Shown in pieces: positions 28,485 to 37,415 of a stretch of 64,000 nt of DNA. Numbering within the stretch: position 1 is the stretch's first letter; every line of letters begins with the position of its first letter. The stretch spans positions 20,611-84,610 of the forward strand of contig JAFMIZ010000003.1 in assembly GCA_017853715.1 (NCBI GenBank), read 5' to 3'. The stretch comes from Pedosphaera sp. (lineage in GTDB: Bacteria; Verrucomicrobiota; Verrucomicrobiia; Limisphaerales; DSYF01). The position numbers and the translations under genes are program-made. The notes under the pieces are model-generated. The model had not been told where the DNA came from, did no database searches, and worked only from the letters and a program-made list of their open reading frames with translations.

Positions 28485-29246
28485 TTACTCGCCCGCGGCC
28501 GTCCAGCGGCGGAGCGCCCTGGCGAGTGTGCCGTCCTGCACACTGGTCTCGATGAACTCGTTGGCCTGCGCCAGCAATGCATCGTCATTTTTCCGCACGG
28601 CCCAAGCCAGATGTTCCTCGCTCAATGCCATCGGGACCACGGTGAGCCCATCGGCGGCGTGCTTGCCGGCGAGGTGCCACACCAGCGTGGAATCGCTGAC
28701 AAACAGCCCGATCTTCTTCCTGATGAGGGCTTGGGCGGCATCCTCGCCGCTTTCGAAGGCCTTGAATCTTGATTTGGGGAAGTCACGTTGCACGAGGAAC
28801 TCACCGGTGGTAGCGCGCATCACGCCGATGGTGCCCGCGGGCCGGGGCGGAAAACCAAAGGAGTATTCATGGCTGCTTTCACGCCGCACCAGCGCCATCT
28901 GGCCCACCGTGGCGTAGGGTTTGGTGAAATTGACCATGTAACGGCGCGCCATCGTGACAGACATGGAAGACATGATGATGTCCGTCTTGCCGTCATTGAG
29001 ATGATCGATCTGGTCTTTCCACGGCACCTGCACGAATTGGACTGTGCGTCCCAACTTTTCGCCGAGTGCCCGGGCGAGATCAATTTCAACCCCCGCCAGT
29101 TCCTTGCCCTGCTTGAAGACCATCGGCGGAAACACGGGGGAGATGCCCACGCGAAGGGCGGGCTTGGCAGCAGTGCCTGATTCGTCCGCGCCAAACGCAG
29201 CGCCAGTAAAGATAAGGCCGACGAGCAGGGGGAAAAATGATTTCAT
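28485..29246 (-). CDS. Solute-binding protein, family 3 (amino-acid type), orphan
   Basis: Start at ATG 29246 (MKSFFPLLVGLIFTGAAFG, signal peptide). SBP_bac_3-like GISPVFPPMVFKQGKELAGVEIDLARALGEKLG. No permease or ATPase adjacent. Confidence 0.8.
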   Translation of the reverse strand: MKSFFPLLVGLIFTGAAFGADESGTAAKPALRVGISPVFPPMVFKQGKELAGVEIDLARALGEKLGRTVQFVQVPWKDQIDHLNDGKTDIIMSSMSVTMARRYMVNFTKPYATVGQMALVRRESSHEYSFGFPPRPAGTIGVMRATTGEFLVQRDFPKSRFKAFESGEDAAQALIRKKIGLFVSDSTLVWHLAGKHAADGLTVVPMALSEEHLAWAVRKNDDALLAQANEFIETSVQDGTLARALRRWTAAGE

Positions 29247-29263
29247 AGGCCGGAGTGTATGGA

Positions 29264-29623
29264 TCAGGCCCTTGCCCAAGCTTTGGCATCGGCCAGTTTT
29301 TCCGGGGGAAAGAATTCGATGGCGACGCGCCGCACGCCCTTGCCGGTGAAGACTTCAGCAGTCTCCTTCCACTTGGTGTCGCCCACGACGGCGATCTTGC
29401 GAAGGTGATCGTCGAATTCCATCTGGAAGGAGATGTCACCCCAATCACCGGCCTTTGCGAGTCCTTGGAAGTCTTCCAGCACCGTCAACAGGCTGATGGG
29501 GCCATGTTCGCGGATCAATCCGCCCGCGCGCTTTTGGATGGCGGCCATTTCCTCGAATTTCAGGAGTCCAGAGACCCGCGAGGTCAGGACGCCACCAGAA
29601 TACTCAATGATTTCTGCGCTCAT
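29264..29623 (-). CDS. STAS/SpoIIAA-like (DUF3478-type) small protein
   Basis: 119 aa. The pattern LLTVLEDFQG...WGD...DHLRKIAVVGDTKW resembles STAS/SEC14-like proteins. Recalled similarity only. Confidence 0.55.
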   Translation of the reverse strand: MSAEIIEYSGGVLTSRVSGLLKFEEMAAIQKRAGGLIREHGPISLLTVLEDFQGLAKAGDWGDISFQMEFDDHLRKIAVVGDTKWKETAEVFTGKGVRRVAIEFFPPEKLADAKAWARA

Positions 29624-29651
29624 GGTCCAATGTTTGGTGCGGGAGTGTAGT

Positions 29652-30299
29652 CTAACGGATGAGCTGGTCCTTGGCCATCGCTTCCACCACCATCTTGGTC
29701 AGCCTGTCGGCTTCCACCAGCGGATCGGTGGTGCCGTCTTTGATGACGGTTTCCGTGAGGGCGGACCAGATGCGTTTCTCGGACGCCAAATCATACAAGC
29801 TGCTGTCGAGGTAGAGGGTCTTCTTGTCGCTCGACCACACGGTGCTCATGTCGGTGAAGGCCACCGTGTAGTAATCATACCAGCCGTAATAGCTGCCAAC
29901 TCCCGTGGTGGTGCCGACGTAACGCTCGGATCCGGCGCGCACAGAACGATTAAAGGTCTCACTGTCCGCGAGGCGCACGATCAGCACGGCGTCCGCGCCT
30001 GCTGCGCGCAGTTTTACCGCCGCTGCCTCCTTGTCCGCTTTGATGTCGGGCAAGGTCATCAGTTCGTGGGTCGCCGTGGCGGTTTGTCCGCGGGCTTTCA
30101 TGTCGCGCACGAAGCGATTCTCAAAGCCGATGCGCATAAGCCCGCGCTCGTCCACGCCGATGACGGCAACCTTCTTCACGGGAGAGGCTGGCGCGGTCGG
30201 GGCTTTCCAGGTTTGCTCCAGCTTGGTCGAGGCGCAACCGCTCGCGAACAGGGCGGTTAAGACAGTGAGGGCGGTTGTGACGTTTAGAACATTTTTCAT
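29652..30299 (-). CDS. Lipoprotein, possibly DUF4136-related
   Basis: 215 aa. Lipobox LFASGCAS. Tyr/Trp-rich segment and KKTLYLDSSLYDLASEKRIW, similar in style to the 27876-28439 protein. Confidence 0.7.
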   Translation of the reverse strand: MKNVLNVTTALTVLTALFASGCASTKLEQTWKAPTAPASPVKKVAVIGVDERGLMRIGFENRFVRDMKARGQTATATHELMTLPDIKADKEAAAVKLRAAGADAVLIVRLADSETFNRSVRAGSERYVGTTTGVGSYYGWYDYYTVAFTDMSTVWSSDKKTLYLDSSLYDLASEKRIWSALTETVIKDGTTDPLVEADRLTKMVVEAMAKDQLIR

Positions 30300-30371
30300 T
30301 TCGATCGGATTTATAAGAGTTTACCCGGCCCGCGTCACAGCGGGGAGAAAAATAATCCAGTTCCCCGGCGC

Positions 30372-31160
30372 TTAAAAATGAAACCCAAATCCAGCAATGA
30401 AACCCTGGATGTCAGTGTTCAACGTGAATCGATTTCGGCTGTATTCCTCATGCAGGTAGCGGTATCCCACTGCGCCAGAGCAACGTTTGCCGAAGCGGCA
30501 GCTCAAGCCGCCCATGGCCTCCCAGCTCAGGTCGGCGGGGCCTTCCAGTCCACCCAGCGTTCCTTTGGCAACAATCGACCACTTCGGAGTCAGATTGTAG
30601 GAGAGGTCCGCGCCCGCGATCGGGTCCACCCATGCGTTGTCGCTATCGGCGCTGAACGAGGGCAGCAGATTACCATTGGCGACCACTTCCTCTTTCACAT
30701 GCCACACCCTTGCTCCCGCAAGCAGTGTGGCGTGCAGCTTTCCCTCGATCGGCAATCGGTAGCTGAAGGCGGTGGTGCTGTGGATGAAATCGGATTCGAG
30801 ATTCACGCTTTGAAACGCGGGGCCGGGGTTCGCCGCATCCGTGTCCAAGCGCAGCCAGGCGAAATCCCACCATAGGCCGATGTCCTTGTAGCGCGCCTCG
30901 GCGATGAACATCGCGCCGCCGCTAATGCGTGTGTCAAACCGCGATGCTTCCGGCGGAGTGGAAGGGGGCGTGTCTGGCAGCGTGGTCTCCACTTCGATGC
31001 CCGCCACCCAAAGATAGGGGGTGAAGCTGAAGGCCCAATCGGACTTCCTGCTGGGCTCCACGGCAGCCTCTGCGGTCCGCTCGGCTGCTTGTTCCGCGGC
31101 GGCCCCATTGGCTGCCGCCAGTGCCAGCGCACTGACCAGCCTTGAAATTGAAATTCTCAT
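30372..31160 (-). CDS. Outer-membrane beta-barrel protein
   Basis: Start at ATG 31160 (MRISISRLVSALALAAANGAAAEQ). Alternating strands. C-terminal GFIAGFGFHF. Confidence 0.7.
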   Translation of the reverse strand: MRISISRLVSALALAAANGAAAEQAAERTAEAAVEPSRKSDWAFSFTPYLWVAGIEVETTLPDTPPSTPPEASRFDTRISGGAMFIAEARYKDIGLWWDFAWLRLDTDAANPGPAFQSVNLESDFIHSTTAFSYRLPIEGKLHATLLAGARVWHVKEEVVANGNLLPSFSADSDNAWVDPIAGADLSYNLTPKWSIVAKGTLGGLEGPADLSWEAMGGLSCRFGKRCSGAVGYRYLHEEYSRNRFTLNTDIQGFIAGFGFHF

Positions 31161-31358
31161 CAATGTTTTTTGCTTTCGACTGAAGCAACCAGCTTTGCCC
31201 GTGTTGTTCACTATTGCAAGGTGATCGCGTCAACCATGTCATCGGCCCAAACGCCGTCGCGGTGGACACCCAAGCTTCAACTCTGGCGGAGGGGCGCGCC
31301 CTTGCCGCCAAGGTCACGCGCTTGGACGCGGACCTGACTTGCTCATGGCGGACTGCAC

Positions 31359-31751
31359 CTAGTTCGCGGCCTCCGCCATGGCTGTGGCCCAGCCGGGTGG
31401 GGCGATCCTGGCGCCTTTGATCTCGTCGTGGATCTGGCTGAACTCGCCCGCATCGAGCCAGACGCCGTCGCACTTGGGGCATTGGTCGATCTCCACCTTC
31501 TTCGTGTCGGAAAACCATTTCCTTTCCAGGACGGTGTCGGGACAACGCGGACATTTGCGTGGTTCGGTCAGCTTGACGTTGCTGACCGGCACCGACCAGA
31601 TCGAGTGCAAGGTGTTGGCGGCGCTGGCGCTGACGCGCTCGACTTCGCGGGCGTCGAGCTAAATCCCCCCGCAACCGCCGTAGCAGAGGTCGAGGGTCAG
31701 ATCACTTGCTCCTTTTTCGCGCAATGGATTCTTGCAAGCTGGACAGATCAT
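31359..31751 (-). pseudogene. Double TFIIB-type zinc-ribbon protein interrupted by an in-frame TAG
   Basis: Translating the minus strand from ATG 31751 gives MICPACKNPLREKGASDLTLDLCYGGCGGI*LDAREVERV..., continuing in frame into the 83-aa track ORF (...CPRCPDTVL...CPKCDGVWLDAGEF). The TAG at 31659-31661 sits where the second domain has Trp (CGGI*LD versus CDGVWLD). Confidence 0.65.
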
Positions 31752-31863
31752 CGTGATTCCTTTTGTTCGAGCTAGGGTCTCTGTTCAACACCGGGCAACG
31801 TGATTCAATATGAGCGCTTCCGGTGGCATGGCGGCGGCAGTTTGCGCCCAATCCTGCCGCGCT

Positions 31864-32100
31864 TCAAGCGTTGGCGTCACTTCTGCCCGCCGTGAAGGCC
31901 GCCGCCATTTCATCCGCCTGCACGGTGAGGCCCGCCGGATCGTAACCTTTCTGCATCACCACATGCGGCCCGCCGTGGTCGCGCGGTTCGAACTACTTCG
32001 CCAGCGGTCACGCTTTGAGGCTGATTTGGCGGACTTCCTGATAGTTGTTGGTGATGTTGCGGAGATTGGGGGTGGCCACAGATGTTTTCGCACCAACAAA
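31864..32100 (-). pseudogene. Possible gene remnant (VOC/glyoxalase-like C-terminus?) with two in-frame stops
   Basis: The minus-strand frame reads FVGAKTSVATPNLRNITNNYQEVRQISLKA*PLAK*FEPRDHGGPHVVMQKGYDPAGLTVQADEMAAAFTAGRSDANA*, with TGA at 32008-32010 and TAG at 31993-31995. Third codon positions are mostly G/C, as expected for coding sequence here. No start codon identified. Confidence 0.3.
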
Positions 32101-32136
32101 TCATGTGCGAAAGCGGAAGGTTCGGGCCCCTCAGGG

Positions 32137-32697
32137 TTATTCCAATTCAACCACGCGAAACAATTTCTGGCCGGGACTGACGGTGTTCGTGATGGTCATC
32201 GAACTGGCGCTGCCAATGTTGGTGCTGACGGCGCTCCATTGCACGAGGTTGGTGGAAGATTGCACCACGTTGGTCTGGCCGGGCGTGAGACCGCTCACGT
32301 CGAAGAGGAATTGGCTGCCAACAATGCGCGGCACTTGCAGCACGATCGCCTGCGGCCCGGTGACGATGATGGTGCCGGTGTTGTTGGGGTCCACGTCATC
32401 GCGATAGGTGAACGTGCCGGGATTGCTGAAAGTATTCGTGCCCGAAGCTCCAGTAAAGAAAAGCTCGGTTAACCAATAATCCGGATCTGAGACCTGCAGG
32501 TCGCTTGTAGCGGTGTGCGTAAAGTTTTCGTCGATGTTCACCCAGATCACCGTGTCGCCGACGTTGATGCTGAGTGTTGCTGGCGAGAAGCCGGTGTCAT
32601 CCACGGAAACGGAAAAAGTGGCGGCGCCGGTTTGCGCGGCGAGGCAAACCGAAATCATTCCCGCCAGCGCCAGTTTGCAAACGTCTCTTGTGTGCAC
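32137..32697 (-). CDS. Secreted cupredoxin-like domain protein with a C-terminal beta-sandwich tail
   Basis: 186 aa. Signal peptide, FSPATLSINVGDTVIWVNIDENFTHTATS (cupredoxin-like strand pattern, full Cu ligand set not evident), and a tail ending QKLFRVVELE. Confidence 0.7.
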   Translation of the reverse strand: MHTRDVCKLALAGMISVCLAAQTGAATFSVSVDDTGFSPATLSINVGDTVIWVNIDENFTHTATSDLQVSDPDYWLTELFFTGASGTNTFSNPGTFTYRDDVDPNNTGTIIVTGPQAIVLQVPRIVGSQFLFDVSGLTPGQTNVVQSSTNLVQWSAVSTNIGSASSMTITNTVSPGQKLFRVVELE

Positions 32698-32790
32698 CTT
32701 CCATGAATGCTTTCAGGGGCGGTAGGCTGTCAAACCAATTCCCATACCTAGCTGCCTCCCCATCGCAACTGTAGTTACGCTGGGCCGAAA

Positions 32791-34095
32791 TCAATACACC
32801 CATTGAATGCGCGTTAAGAAGCTGTCCGTGTTTCCAGTGGTGCCAAAGCGATCCAGCCAGGTGTGGCCCCAGCCGATGCCAAACTTCCAGCGACGCGTGG
32901 CCCACCAGTTGATGCCGAGGTAAGTCTTGTCAAAGCTTCCGCCTTGCACGGCGCCATCGTCCAGATCCACGTGCGAGAAGCGAGCCACGAGTTCTGGCGC
33001 GCCCCAATGACCCTTGGGCATGACCCGCCGTGCATAACCCACCGTGCGATCGTAAGGGCGCGTCTCGCCCGTGATCACCCAACTGGCCGTGAGGTAGTAG
33101 CCCGAAAAGCTCGGATCACCGGAAGCCGATGAATCCACCCACGCGCGATTGTATTCCGCCAGCACGGAGAACGGTCCTTCGTTCCACAACGCTTCCAAGC
33201 CGAGGTGCCAGGCGTGGTCGGCCGTGAGGTTGCCAGTGTCCACGTAGTTGTCCGCCACGTTGGATTCCGGTCGGCCCTTGTAACGAAGCGTGTCATTGTC
33301 CGCGCCGACGTAGCGACCGGCGACGCCCAAGTGCATAAAACTTTTACCCTCGCGTTCGTCCCACAGCAGCCCGGTGAGTCGCGTTGAAACATCCGTGCCG
33401 TTGTCCGCCAGCGAGTCACCGCTAAACCAAGCATCGTTGAACACCCCGGCGGATGCGGTCATGCGTTGGGTGTCGCCGATCACTTGCACGAACTTGAGGC
33501 CGACATTGCGGGAAACGAAGAAGGGGCTCAATACCCGCTCTGAGTGCGGGAGATTCGCTGCATCGCCCACCATTTCATAACCGAACGTCTCCTTGGTCTT
33601 GCCGACGGTCAGTTTGGTTGCCGGTCCGGCGAGCGGAAACGCGAGCGACAAATCGGTCAGGCTCCACAAGTCTTCGGGTTCGGTCTCGAAGCCCTTGTAT
33701 TCCGCCGCGAGCAGGTAGCTGACCTTGTAGCCTGTTCCCACGGTGCCGCGGAACATGGCGCGAGCGGCACGTGCCTCCCATTGGTCTTGTTGTTTGCCGA
33801 CCTGCCCGATGCTCGTGTTGTCCTGATCAAAGTCCGTGTAATCCGCGAGCAGGACCAGGCCGGGTTTCAACGTGAACCATCGCTCCCGCAATTGCGTCTC
33901 TTCAACCAATGACTGCGGCACGTCGGGCATCAGAAATGACTGCTCGGGGTCAGGCAACGGTGCTGGCTCGAATTCGCCCACGACGGGTGGCATGTCGGAT
34001 TCTTCGGATTGCGCATGGACGGAGAGTTCCATTGCCAGACAAACGATCAGCGAGGCACTTGCTGAATGAAACAAACGCGCAACACGCCTTGCCAT
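32791..34095 (-). CDS. Phosphate-selective porin O/P (OprO/OprP)-like porin
   Basis: Start at ATG 34095 (MARRVARLFHSASASLIVCLAMELSVHAQ). Long beta-barrel ending in FLTRIQWVY. Family call is from recalled similarity and the phosphate-related context. Confidence 0.65.
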   Translation of the reverse strand: MARRVARLFHSASASLIVCLAMELSVHAQSEESDMPPVVGEFEPAPLPDPEQSFLMPDVPQSLVEETQLRERWFTLKPGLVLLADYTDFDQDNTSIGQVGKQQDQWEARAARAMFRGTVGTGYKVSYLLAAEYKGFETEPEDLWSLTDLSLAFPLAGPATKLTVGKTKETFGYEMVGDAANLPHSERVLSPFFVSRNVGLKFVQVIGDTQRMTASAGVFNDAWFSGDSLADNGTDVSTRLTGLLWDEREGKSFMHLGVAGRYVGADNDTLRYKGRPESNVADNYVDTGNLTADHAWHLGLEALWNEGPFSVLAEYNRAWVDSSASGDPSFSGYYLTASWVITGETRPYDRTVGYARRVMPKGHWGAPELVARFSHVDLDDGAVQGGSFDKTYLGINWWATRRWKFGIGWGHTWLDRFGTTGNTDSFLTRIQWVY

Positions 34096-34184
34096 GTGAC
34101 TGGAGAGTGCCGCCCGACCATGCGTCATAATTGGGTCCATGCGTTGAATGCCGGGGGGATAAATCCAGTGGACCCAGCGCGTCG

Positions 34185-35162
34185 TCAACGCATTTCAGAT
34201 GGATAGATCCGTTTCCAGTCGCTCTTCATGTCCACGATGATCCAGCCACGCTGGGGTCCTTCATCGAGACCGCGATTCAGCTGGCCGATGTGGGATTTGC
34301 GGTCGTAGGCCCATTCGCGCTCGGCGTCGGTGTGGTGAATGATTCCGGCAAGGCGCGGGCCGCTGCCGCGGGTCGTCCATTCGAGCATCTGGAAATCCCC
34401 ATCCGAATTGCCGAAGGCCATGATCGGGCGGCGACCGATGTGCTGCTGGATGCCGACGGGCTTGCCCGCTTTGTCGTCAATGAAGTTCAACTCGGGCAGG
34501 CGCACGATGACGGGCTTGCCGTCGCGCACTTCGTATTTCGTCTTGATGCTGCTGCCGATGACCTGCTCGGGCGGGATCCCGTAAACGCGTTCCGCCCAGG
34601 GACGCATGAACTCGATGCCGCCGCCCGAGACGATGAACGTCTTGAAACCGTTCGCGCGCAAATAGGCGAGCAGTTCCAGCATGGGCTGATACACCATCTC
34701 GGTATAGAGCTTGCCGGTCTTCGGATGTTTAGCGGTGGTGATCCAGTCGGTGACGATCTTCTCGAACTCCTCCGTGGTGGTGCCTGCATGAGTGGCCATC
34801 GCCATTTCAATCAAAGCATGCTCGCCACCCGCGAGCGCCGCATTCGCGTCGCCTTTCAGCACCGAGGCGAAGGGTTCCTTGGTTTTCCACTCGGGATGTT
34901 GCGGCGCGAGCTGTTTGATGCGGTCGAAGATGAAGAACGCCTGAAAATACATCGGCTGTTCGCTCCAAAGCGTGCCGTCGTTGTCGAACACAGCAATGCG
35001 CTCGGCGGGCGGGACGAAGTCAGCCGAACCGTCGGATGTGGTTTTCTCCACGAAGGCGGTGATGGCTTTCTTGGGTGCGGTGTCGTTCCAAGACGGTAGC
35101 GGGTCGGCGGCGTGTGCGATGAAGACGAGCAACAGAAGCGTGAAGGAAATGAGCGGTTTCAT
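34185..35162 (-). CDS. Secreted HAD-superfamily hydrolase (putative phosphatase)
   Basis: 325 aa. Signal peptide, HAD motif I VFDNDGTLW, later FIVSGGG and GNSDGD motifs. Confidence 0.8.
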   Translation of the reverse strand: MKPLISFTLLLLVFIAHAADPLPSWNDTAPKKAITAFVEKTTSDGSADFVPPAERIAVFDNDGTLWSEQPMYFQAFFIFDRIKQLAPQHPEWKTKEPFASVLKGDANAALAGGEHALIEMAMATHAGTTTEEFEKIVTDWITTAKHPKTGKLYTEMVYQPMLELLAYLRANGFKTFIVSGGGIEFMRPWAERVYGIPPEQVIGSSIKTKYEVRDGKPVIVRLPELNFIDDKAGKPVGIQQHIGRRPIMAFGNSDGDFQMLEWTTRGSGPRLAGIIHHTDAEREWAYDRKSHIGQLNRGLDEGPQRGWIIVDMKSDWKRIYPSEMR

Positions 35163-35164
35163 GG

Positions 35165-35200
35165 CAGAAAAGAAAAGGGGCGCCTCTCGCGAGGCGCCCC
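35165..35200 (-). terminator. Intrinsic terminator downstream of the sulfatase gene
   Basis: Minus strand reads GGGGCGCCTC-GCGA-GAGGCGCCCC (perfect 10-bp stem, GNRA loop) followed by TTTTCTTTTC. It ends 3 nt before the HAD start codon. Confidence 0.8.
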
Positions 35201-35216
35201 GCGGGGAATGGGGCGA

Positions 35217-36770
35217 TTACTTGCCGCTCGCTCCGTTGCTCAAGTTTTCCATCACCGTGTCCAAGCTGAAGCTGCCGGGCCTCTGGCTAGGCGGGAATTC
35301 CTTGAACGTGGCGAGGAACTGCCCGACGAATTCTTGTGCCGGCACCAGCACGAAGGCGTGCTCTACGCGCCAGCGCGGATAGTCAATGCTCTCGTGATCG
35401 GCTTCTTCAAACGGGTCGGAGCGCAGGTTGAAGAGCTTTGGGAAACGCAGCGGTACAAAGGGATCCTGCCAGACATCGAGGCTGTGTGCGCGTTGTTCGG
35501 CAAAGACGATCTTCCACTGGTTGTAGCGCAAGCCAACGAGTGAGCCGTCGTCGTTGAAGTAAAAGAACTCCTTGCGCGGGCTGGGCGTCTTGCCCGCCAG
35601 TGCGTCGGTAAGATTGTAGCCGTCCAGATGCACCTTGAAGGTTTTGTTGCCGACCTTCATGCCCTTGAGCAGTTTCTCCTTCACATCGGGGTCGCCGGCG
35701 GCGGCGAGCAGCGTGGGCAGCATGTCTTCATGCGAGAAGATGTCGTTGAGCACCGTGCCGGGCTTGATCACGCCCGGCCAGCGGATCGCGCAGGGGACGC
35801 GGTAGGCGCCTTCCCAGTTGCTGGCCTTCTCGTTGCGGAAGGGCGAGGTGCCGCCGTCGGGCCAGGAGAATTTCTCCGCGCCGTTGTCGGTGGAATACAT
35901 CACGATGGTGTTTTCATCGAGGCCCAGCGCCTTGAGCTTGTCGAGCAACTGGCCCACATGCCCGTCGTGTTCCACCATGCCATCGGGATAAATCCCCAGC
36001 CCGGTCTTGCCTGCGCTCTCCTTCTTGAGGTGTGTCCAGATGTGCATGCGCGTCGAGTTGAACCAGAGGAAGAACGGCTTGCCGTCTGCCTTGCGCTTGT
36101 CGAGGTAATCGAGTGAGGCTTGGAGAAACTCTTCGTCCACCGTCTCCATGCGCTTCTTGCCGAGCGGACCGGTGCTCTCGATTTTCTGGGTGCCATCGGG
36201 GTTCGCCCAAGTGTGGATCACGCCGCGCGTCTGATACTTCTTCACCATTGCGGGGTCTTTGAAGTAATCTGGATGCTCAAATTCCTCTTCGGCATTCAGG
36301 TGGTAAAGCGAGCCGAAGAATTCATCGAAGCCGTGCGCCGTGGGCAGATGTTCATCGCGGTCGCCCAGATGGTTCTTGCCGAATTGGGCGGTCGCATAGC
36401 CCTGACCCTTGAGCAGTTCGGCGATCGTGACGTCGCGGGCCTGCAAACCTTCCTTCGCACCCGGCAGACCGACCTTCAACATGCCCGTGCGGAAGCCACT
36501 CTGGCCGGTGATGAAGCACGAGCGTCCGGCGGTGCAACTTTGCTGGCCATACCAGTCGGTGAACAGGGCCCCTTCCTTGGCGATGCGGTCGATGTTGGGC
36601 GTCTTGTAGCCCATCATGCCTTGGTTGTAGGCGCTGACATTCCAGTAACCAACGTCATCGCCCCAAATGACGAGGATGTTGGGCTTTTTGACGGCGGCGT
36701 TGGATTGCAACGGTGCCCAGAGGGCCGCCGCACACGCCAGCATGAGCAGGATGGATTTCTTGGTCTTCAT
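35217..36770 (-). CDS. Secreted arylsulfatase
   Basis: 517 aa. Signal peptide, NILVIWGDDVGYWN, and the formylglycine-type motif CTAGRSCFITG. Confidence 0.9.
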   Translation of the reverse strand: MKTKKSILLMLACAAALWAPLQSNAAVKKPNILVIWGDDVGYWNVSAYNQGMMGYKTPNIDRIAKEGALFTDWYGQQSCTAGRSCFITGQSGFRTGMLKVGLPGAKEGLQARDVTIAELLKGQGYATAQFGKNHLGDRDEHLPTAHGFDEFFGSLYHLNAEEEFEHPDYFKDPAMVKKYQTRGVIHTWANPDGTQKIESTGPLGKKRMETVDEEFLQASLDYLDKRKADGKPFFLWFNSTRMHIWTHLKKESAGKTGLGIYPDGMVEHDGHVGQLLDKLKALGLDENTIVMYSTDNGAEKFSWPDGGTSPFRNEKASNWEGAYRVPCAIRWPGVIKPGTVLNDIFSHEDMLPTLLAAAGDPDVKEKLLKGMKVGNKTFKVHLDGYNLTDALAGKTPSPRKEFFYFNDDGSLVGLRYNQWKIVFAEQRAHSLDVWQDPFVPLRFPKLFNLRSDPFEEADHESIDYPRWRVEHAFVLVPAQEFVGQFLATFKEFPPSQRPGSFSLDTVMENLSNGASGK

Positions 36771-37023
36771 AGTTTTTAGAATTCTCCCTTCGCTGTGTTA
36801 TTATCCTCTCCCCGGCACGGCGCCTTTTCCATCTCCTGAGATGGGTGCCTTCAACTACTGGGGCACAGGCAGTCGTATTGCTTGCTAGGTTCGGATTGTG
36901 AGACCGTAACCCAATGTCCGAATTTGTAAAGTGTTGGGTTGTGGCAGTCTGGTTACCACGGTTTGAATGGTCCAGGCGACAGGTTTTCTGAAGCTTGACT
37001 GTGCCGCCCTCCGGCCTACCTTT

Positions 37024-37043
37024 ATTTCGTTGTTTGGCGAAAT
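37024..37043. promoter_or_regulatory. Candidate ArsR operator (ATTTCG-N8-CGAAAT)
   Basis: 6-bp perfect inverted repeat ending 7 nt upstream of the arsR ATG. Confidence 0.35.
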
Positions 37044-37049
37044 GAGAAA

Positions 37050-37415
37050 ATGAACGAGTTTTTCCAACTCACCAAGGCGCTGGCGGATGAAAGCCGCGTG
37101 CGGCTGCTGCTGGCTCTGCGCGGTGGCGAACTGTGCGCCTGCCAGCTCACCGAGTTGATTCAACTCGCACCCTCCACGGTGTCCAAGCACCTGTTTCTGC
37201 TTAAACACGCCGGGTTGCTGGAATCCCGCAAGGAGGGTCGTTGGATTTACTTCAAGCTCGTGGGCAAGGACGCCCCGGGGGTGGTGCGGGAAGCGATGGC
37301 CTGGGTGAAGAAATCCCTCGGTCGCTCGCCGTCCGCACAGGCCGACGCCAAGCGGCTCAAAGAGATTCTGCAGAAAGACCCCGCTGAACTTTGCAAACGC
37401 CAATGCTGCCGATGA
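37050..37415 (+). CDS. arsR: ArsR/SmtB family metalloregulator
   Basis: 121 aa. The ELCACQL metal-binding motif within the wHTH. Heads the ars cluster. Confidence 0.9.
   Translation: MNEFFQLTKALADESRVRLLLALRGGELCACQLTELIQLAPSTVSKHLFLLKHAGLLESRKEGRWIYFKLVGKDAPGVVREAMAWVKKSLGRSPSAQADAKRLKEILQKDPAELCKRQCCR

Noticed and set aside
31659-31661. Programmed recoding (pyrrolysine, selenocysteine or suppression) as the explanation for the in-frame stops
   Set aside because: All three stop codons are involved at different sites, and they fall at expected Trp/Tyr positions. No SECIS- or PYLIS-like context is evident, and two of the affected genes also carry frameshifts or deletions. Pseudogenisation or sequence error is simpler.
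31810-32472. 220-aa plus-strand ORF spanning the gap and the cupredoxin gene
   Set aside because: It overlaps a well-supported minus-strand secreted protein, and its product has a typical shadow composition.
34131-35099. 322-aa ORF antisense to the HAD hydrolase gene
   Set aside because: The HAD motifs (DNDGTLW, GNSDGD) and a signal peptide support the minus-strand gene. The plus-strand frame is a shadow ORF.
36905-36945. A further copy of the CTGTnnCnnAATnGTAAC motif in the sulfatase/arsR divergent region (ATGTCCGAATTTGTAAAG, GACCGTAACCC)
   Set aside because: The half-site spacing is off by one base and the CTGT is incomplete, so the match is too weak to count as a site.
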